Shown here: piece after piece, positions 41,239 through 46,953 of the stretch
How positions within the stretch are numbered: position 1 is the stretch's first letter
Layout of the letters: every line of letters begins with the position of its first letter
Source of the DNA: a bacterium
Lineage (GTDB): Bacteria > Patescibacteriota > Saccharimonadia > Saccharimonadales > Saccharimonadaceae
Direction of reading: 5' to 3'
Length of the DNA stretch: 46,953 bases
NCBI GenBank assembly: GCA_043743855.1
Contig: JAYTVU010000050.1
Span: forward strand, 1 to 46,953
Notes under the pieces: model-generated
Seen by the model: the letters and a program-made list of their open reading frames with translations, nothing else
The model's database searches: none
What the model was told of the DNA's origin: nothing
Position numbers and translations under genes: made by a program

Positions 41239-42268
41239 GTTACGTAAACGTAATAATTTACCCCCACCATCTAGGATAACAAGCGAAACAATCGACCAGC
41301 ACCGTGAGCATATACTTGCTGGTGGTAGAAAGTTTAAGTATCCAATTCAATATGCTCGTCATAAACTCGTCATAAACGCGATTCTTATTAGCTTGTCTGC
41401 GGTAATAATCGCTATTGTAATTGGATGGTGGCAATTATATCCAGCTCAGAATACAAGTGAATTTATCTATCGAGTTACCAAGATTATCCCAGTGCCGGTT
41501 GCGGTGGTTGATGGTCAACCAGTTTTATATAGCGATTATTTGATGAAGTATCTTAGCTCGGTTCATTATATAGATCAAAAAGAACAAGTCAGTTTAAAAA
41601 CAGATAGTGGTAAGCGTCAGATAGAGTATATAAAACAAAAATCTATGCAGGATGCCATTGCTGATGCCTACGCAGTAAAACTATCAAAGCGATTAAACTT
41701 GACCGTTTCGACTGTCGAGCTAGAAGGTTTTCTAAAAGAGCAACGACAAACTAGTGATGGCGAGATATCCGAGCAGACTTATGATGCCGTGATCCTAGAT
41801 TATTATGGTTGGAGCCCTGCAGAATATCGTCATGTTACCGAGGGCAAGTTGTTACGTCAAAAGGTCGCATACGCATTGGATAAAGATGCCCTAAATATTA
41901 TAAATAGTGTCGGCAGTGCGCTTAAAAGTGCACCATTAACAGACTTCAAGACTTTGTCAGATAATATTACCAAACAATCTGGTGTAAAGACTGAATATAG
42001 TACTTCAGGTTGGGTCCCTAAATTTAATCAAGACGGTGGGTTGTCGGTTGAAGCTGCGAAGTTGAAAAAACAAGACGTTTCCTCTGTAATTAAATCTACT
42101 ACTGGCGATGGTTATTATGTTGTTAGGCTACTTGATATTAATGACTCTCAAGTAAAATATGAGTCTATAAAAGTTCCGCTTACAGCATTTACAAAAGCTC
42201 TGGCAGATATTGAAAAACATCATAAAGTTACTGAATTTATATCAATCCCAAAACAAGCTGGCGCATAG
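41219..42268 (+). CDS. SurA-N / PpiC (parvulin)-like membrane-anchored chaperone
   Basis: An AAGGAG SD precedes ATG 41219. It has one TM helix, a SurA_N-like region (VDGQPVLYSDYLMKYL) and a C-terminal parvulin-like end (GDGYYVVRLLD). It overlaps the upstream gene by 20 nt. Confidence 0.55.
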   Translation: MKKLINRLRKRNNLPPPSRITSETIDQHREHILAGGRKFKYPIQYARHKLVINAILISLSAVIIAIVIGWWQLYPAQNTSEFIYRVTKIIPVPVAVVDGQPVLYSDYLMKYLSSVHYIDQKEQVSLKTDSGKRQIEYIKQKSMQDAIADAYAVKLSKRLNLTVSTVELEGFLKEQRQTSDGEISEQTYDAVILDYYGWSPAEYRHVTEGKLLRQKVAYALDKDALNIINSVGSALKSAPLTDFKTLSDNITKQSGVKTEYSTSGWVPKFNQDGGLSVEAAKLKKQDVSSVIKSTTGDGYYVVRLLDINDSQVKYESIKVPLTAFTKALADIEKHHKVTEFISIPKQAGA

Positions 42269-42280
42269 AACCATTCGCAC

Positions 42281-43306
42281 ATGAAATTGTCTGATTACAC
42301 TTACGAATTACCAGAGTCTCTTATAGCAGACGTACCACCAAATGTACGTGGTACGTCACGCTTATTAGTACTCAACAAAAAATCTGGTACGATTACTGAT
42401 AAAAGATATTCAGAGCTTTCAGAGTTTTTGAAAAAAGGCGACGTATTAGTCCTAAATGATACAAAAGTCATTAAAGCCAGGCTGAAGGTCGAAAATGAAA
42501 ATGGTGCCATACGGGAACTTGTTATCCTAGAGAAACATAGTTTCGATAATGATTGGTATTGTCATAAAGTCTTATATCGAAGAAAGTTGAATGTCGGCGA
42601 TAAACTTAGGCTTGGAAGCGCAAAACTAGTGGTAGAGGAAATTATTGGCGATGGTATTGCTATGGTACGGAGTAATCAGGACTTGCTGGAACTTGCCGAA
42701 AAGTTTGGTGAAGTTCCATTGCCACCATATATGCATCGTGAAGCAACTTCACTTGATATAGAACGTTATCAAACAGTATGGGCTAACGAAGACGGTTCAG
42801 TTGCAGCTCCAACGGCAAGTTTGAATATGACAGATGGTACGCTAGAAAGTTTGAGGGATAAGGGTGTAGTAATAGCCTATATGACATTACACGTGGGCTT
42901 AGGCACATTTTTGCCTATTAGAACTGACAATGTCGAAGATCATCATATGCACCAGGAATATTTCGAAATACCAAAAGCGACAGTTCGGGCTATAAAATTA
43001 TCCAAGACTGCAGGAAGTCGAATAATAGCGCTTGGTACTACAGTGGCTAGGGCTTTAGAATATTCGCATGATTCTTTTACACAGGTACAGTCAGACATAT
43101 CTGGTGAGGCTGACATATTCATATATCCAGGTTATAGTTTTAAAACTATTGATGGTTTGCTAACTAATTTTCATGCACCAAAAAGTACGGTACTAATGTT
43201 GACCGCCGCGTTTGCTGGTTGGGATAAGTTGCTTCCAGCCTATAAACACGCAGTTTCAAAAAAATACCACTTCTTAAGTTATGGTGATTCGATGCTAGTA
43301 TTGTAG
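42281..43306 (+). CDS. queA: S-adenosylmethionine:tRNA ribosyltransferase-isomerase
   Basis: MKLSDYTYELPESLIA, LPPYM, the HVGLGTF region and NFHAPKSTVLML are present. Confidence 0.93.
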   Translation: MKLSDYTYELPESLIADVPPNVRGTSRLLVLNKKSGTITDKRYSELSEFLKKGDVLVLNDTKVIKARLKVENENGAIRELVILEKHSFDNDWYCHKVLYRRKLNVGDKLRLGSAKLVVEEIIGDGIAMVRSNQDLLELAEKFGEVPLPPYMHREATSLDIERYQTVWANEDGSVAAPTASLNMTDGTLESLRDKGVVIAYMTLHVGLGTFLPIRTDNVEDHHMHQEYFEIPKATVRAIKLSKTAGSRIIALGTTVARALEYSHDSFTQVQSDISGEADIFIYPGYSFKTIDGLLTNFHAPKSTVLMLTAAFAGWDKLLPAYKHAVSKKYHFLSYGDSMLVL

Positions 43307-44563
<1,257 letters not shown>

Positions 44564-44707
44564 TAGCGATGTTAGGTGTAAGTTACTTTTCTGCAAAAAC
44601 GACAGCTTAAAAGCGTATTTATTGATGTTTATTATCTGTTTATGCTAATGTTATTAGTGAACAACTAAATACGAGAATTCCCCAAGGGTATTTTCTAAAA
44701 AACAAAC

Positions 44708-46654
44708 ATGAGCAGCGAAGAATTATTAAATCTATATTTTTCACATTATCAACCGTCGCCTCTTGTGAAGACTCATCTTAAATTAACTTTTACGATACCA
44801 AAGCTTATACCAGACGTGACGCTTAGCAATATTAGGCTGAAGGGTATTATTGTCAGTTTTCTGAGCGTTATTCTTATCGCAGTTTTAACATGTTTTGCTC
44901 TTGAAACCTGTTTGGTGGTAAAACCAATTTTCACAGCAGCAAACCAGTCGGTTAATAAGCCATTTATCATTGATTTCAGTGGAGCATTACGCAAAATCGA
45001 TACACAACACATACAAATATCTCCGAAGATTGAAGGGGTTTGGACGTTTAAAAGTGGTCAACTTATACACCATGATCAATTAATTTTTACTCCCAAAAAT
45101 ACTTTCAAAACGGGCACAACATACACTATAACCCCCATAGACACTGAACAACTGTTATTAGGTAGTGCAAAAATGGAAAAAATTGTTTTCAAAACAAAAG
45201 TTGCGCCCGGGCTTGCTAATACAGGTATTAACAATATAAAAGATGGTTACACTGTTGCGGCTGACTATGATTTCTCGGTTAGTTTAACAACTACCAACGA
45301 AAAAAGTCGCAAACTAGAGTTGCAAACAACACCGGCAATCGTGATGACTAAAAGTATTGTGGGTGATAAACAATTTATATGGCATTCTGCGACACCACTG
45401 CCTCAAGGTCAATCAGTTATTCTGCGGGTTTACGACTCTCAAAATGATGTCGTCTTGATGACAAAAACTATACAGATTACTGCCGAGCCAGCAGTGCAGG
45501 CATTTAGCAAGAAGGATCATTTTAATGACGGCGATAAGGCAATTATTACATTTAACGAGCCAATAGAGCCAACAGGAAGCAAAAATATTTCATTTAATAT
45601 AGAAGGGAAGGGTAGTTGGCAGAGTGACACCGTCTATACTTTTACTCCACAAAAAGTCACGCCTGGCCAAACGTACACTTACACTATCAGTAAAGGACTA
45701 CGCAGTAAAAATGGTGGTATTCTGACTAAAGGCATACTGGGTAATTTTACTACAACTGGTGCTGTAACGGTAATTGGTTCATCGCCACATGGGAACGATA
45801 TGCCACAAGGTAGCCAGCAGGTAGGCTTTTCTTTTGACCAGCCGGTTGATCATAGTTCGGTTGAAAGACTGTTTTCGGTTTCTGCTGGACAAGTCACTGG
45901 TACATCGTGGCGAGGCAATACCTTCACGGCAACAGTTATTAATCTTGGCTATCAACAAACTATCACTGCCAGAGTTGCAATAGGCGTACAAAATGCAGGT
46001 TTTGGTTTGCCTAGTGCGCAGTCTTTTAGTAATACATTTAATACTGAAGTAAGGTCAGTGCGTCTTGATGTCCCGTATTTCCATCAACAATTCGTTGCTA
46101 GTTGTGCAGCGGCATCATTACGTATGATTCTAGCTTTCCATGGCGTATCTACTGACGATATGAGCATTATATACAAGATGGGTTATAATCCTAGCCCTGA
46201 AAACAAGACTACAGATCCTTATACCTGGGATGACCCTCAGGTTATGTTTGTTGGTGATGTAAACGGTTCAATTAGGGCGGGAACGGCTGCAGGACCAGAC
46301 GCTCAACCTGTTGCGAAGGCTGCCGAAAGTTATGGATTAAGTGCATCAGCAGTCACTGGAATTGGGATAAATTGGGTTTCGCAGCAACTATACAATGGTG
46401 ATCCTGTTGTAATATTTGGTGCAACATCTACTAAGCCAACTGCATTTATCACTTGGAAAACTCCTTCTGGTAGGATTGAGTCGATGAACCCTTCTGGTCA
46501 TGCCCGTACTGTGATTGGAGTGGTAGGTGAGTCCAGTAACCCAATCGGGTTCTGGGTAAGTGACCCTCTAAGCGGGACTAGCTACTGGTCGGCAGATGCG
46601 TTGGCGGCAAACATTCGTTTAGATGCGTACCAACAAGCAATAGTTGTTTATTGA
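44708..46654 (+). CDS. Membrane-anchored protein with Ig-like repeats and a C-terminal peptidase C39-like (C39_2) domain
   Basis: It has a TM helix (GIIVSFLSVILIAVLTCFAL) and repeated beta-type modules (...VWTFKSGQLI...TYTITP; ...YTFTPQKVTPGQTYTYTI). The C-terminus has LDVPYFHQQFVASCAAASLRMILAFHG with a downstream GHARTVIG (Cys/His pair). Confidence 0.65.
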   Translation: MSSEELLNLYFSHYQPSPLVKTHLKLTFTIPKLIPDVTLSNIRLKGIIVSFLSVILIAVLTCFALETCLVVKPIFTAANQSVNKPFIIDFSGALRKIDTQHIQISPKIEGVWTFKSGQLIHHDQLIFTPKNTFKTGTTYTITPIDTEQLLLGSAKMEKIVFKTKVAPGLANTGINNIKDGYTVAADYDFSVSLTTTNEKSRKLELQTTPAIVMTKSIVGDKQFIWHSATPLPQGQSVILRVYDSQNDVVLMTKTIQITAEPAVQAFSKKDHFNDGDKAIITFNEPIEPTGSKNISFNIEGKGSWQSDTVYTFTPQKVTPGQTYTYTISKGLRSKNGGILTKGILGNFTTTGAVTVIGSSPHGNDMPQGSQQVGFSFDQPVDHSSVERLFSVSAGQVTGTSWRGNTFTATVINLGYQQTITARVAIGVQNAGFGLPSAQSFSNTFNTEVRSVRLDVPYFHQQFVASCAAASLRMILAFHGVSTDDMSIIYKMGYNPSPENKTTDPYTWDDPQVMFVGDVNGSIRAGTAAGPDAQPVAKAAESYGLSASAVTGIGINWVSQQLYNGDPVVIFGATSTKPTAFITWKTPSGRIESMNPSGHARTVIGVVGESSNPIGFWVSDPLSGTSYWSADALAANIRLDAYQQAIVVY

Positions 46655-46662
46655 TATTAAAG

Positions 46663-46690
46663 AATCACCACAAGGTTGATTTATTAATTT
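46663..46690. terminator. Weak hairpin plus T-run between the C39-like gene and the tRNA-Asp 3' end
   Basis: The stem is AATCACC-acaa-GGT(T)GATT with a 1-nt bulge, followed by TATTAATTTT. Confidence 0.3.
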
Positions 46691-46766
46691 TGGCGGGCTC
46701 GGCCGGATTTGAACCGGTGATCTCCTCCGTGACAGGGAGGCGTGATAACCCCTTCACTACGAGCCC
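46691..46766 (-). tRNA. tRNA-Asp (anticodon GUC), CCA encoded
   Basis: The reverse complement folds as GGGCTCG-TA-GTGA-AGGGGTTA-TCAC-G-CCTCC-CTGTCAC-GGAGG-AGATC-ACCGG-TTCAAAT-CCGGC-CGAGCCC-G-CCA. Confidence 0.88.
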
Positions 46767-46849
46767 GTATGATGGGTGAACTTAGGTATTTTATCAGTTT
46801 TTATCTTGTGACGCAACAGAGTAGTGACGTTTATTTTGTATCCCATGAA

Positions 46850-46858
46850 TGCTATAAT
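46850..46858 (+). promoter_or_regulatory. Extended -10 TGcTATAAT upstream of tRNA-Thr
   Basis: TGCTATAAT lies 19 nt upstream of the tRNA 5' end. Confidence 0.5.
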
Positions 46859-46877
46859 AATCAACGATCAACTGAGT

Positions 46878-46953
46878 GCCGCTGTAGCTCAGCTGGTAGA
46901 GCGGCGCTTTCGTAAAGCGTAGGTCTCCGGTTCAAATCCGGACAGCGGCTCCA
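46878..46953 (+). tRNA. tRNA-Thr (anticodon CGU), CCA encoded; ends at the window edge
   Basis: It folds as GCCGCTG-TA-GCTC-AGCTGGTA-GAGC-G-GCGCT-TTCGTAA-AGCGT-AGGTC-TCCGG-TTCAAAT-CCGGA-CAGCGGC-T-CCA. Confidence 0.9.

Overview
This is a compact, gene-dense window of about 47 kb. It is almost entirely housekeeping and information-processing genes, with many 1-20 nt gene overlaps, and it uses the standard code (UGA ends conserved genes such as polA, pilM and the HAD hydrolase).

Genes recognised, in order:
- rpoD, a P-loop kinase, polA, dut, a HAD hydrolase, fpg and holA
- rpsT, a degenerate DHH-like protein, truB and rpsO
- a DUF2207 membrane protein, pnp, a family-4 UDG, RNase J and ftsK
- rpsF-ssb-rpsR, efp, a 2H-phosphoesterase-like ORF and tlyA
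- a Y1 HUH (IS200/RAYT-type) transposase and ychF
- two secreted or anchored hypothetical proteins
- a complete secretin-less type IV pilus locus: pilMNO, a small membrane ORF, pilB, pilT, pilC and pilA, then pilD, three minor pilins and a PilX-like protein
- a Xer-family recombinase, ndk, tRNA-Arg(CCU), a bPH membrane protein and a SurA/PpiC-like protein
- queA, tgt, an Ig-repeat protein with a C39-like peptidase domain, tRNA-Asp(GUC) and tRNA-Thr(CGU)

Gene content and architecture suggest a reduced-genome monoderm-like bacterium, possibly Patescibacteria/CPR and Saccharibacteria-like. That is inference, not proof.

I found no CRISPR array, restriction-modification system, toxin-antitoxin pair or other recognisable defence system.

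Most noteworthy signals:
1. The Y1 transposase is bracketed by two near-identical 21-nt hairpin repeats in direct orientation. The left copy encodes the last codons of tlyA.
2. The pilus locus is preceded by an uncharacterised two-gene surface module.
3. -10 boxes recur 6-12 nt upstream of first-gene start codons, implying leaderless mRNAs, while internal and highly expressed genes carry strong SD sites.
4. A consensus promoter upstream of ftsK is followed directly by a hairpin and U-tract, a candidate short RNA or attenuator.
5. Several divergent housekeeping proteins stand out: S20 with a Lys/Ala-rich tail, a DHH homolog without DHH motifs, an Arg-type EF-P, a Cys-poor family-4 UDG and an Fpg with an altered zinc finger.
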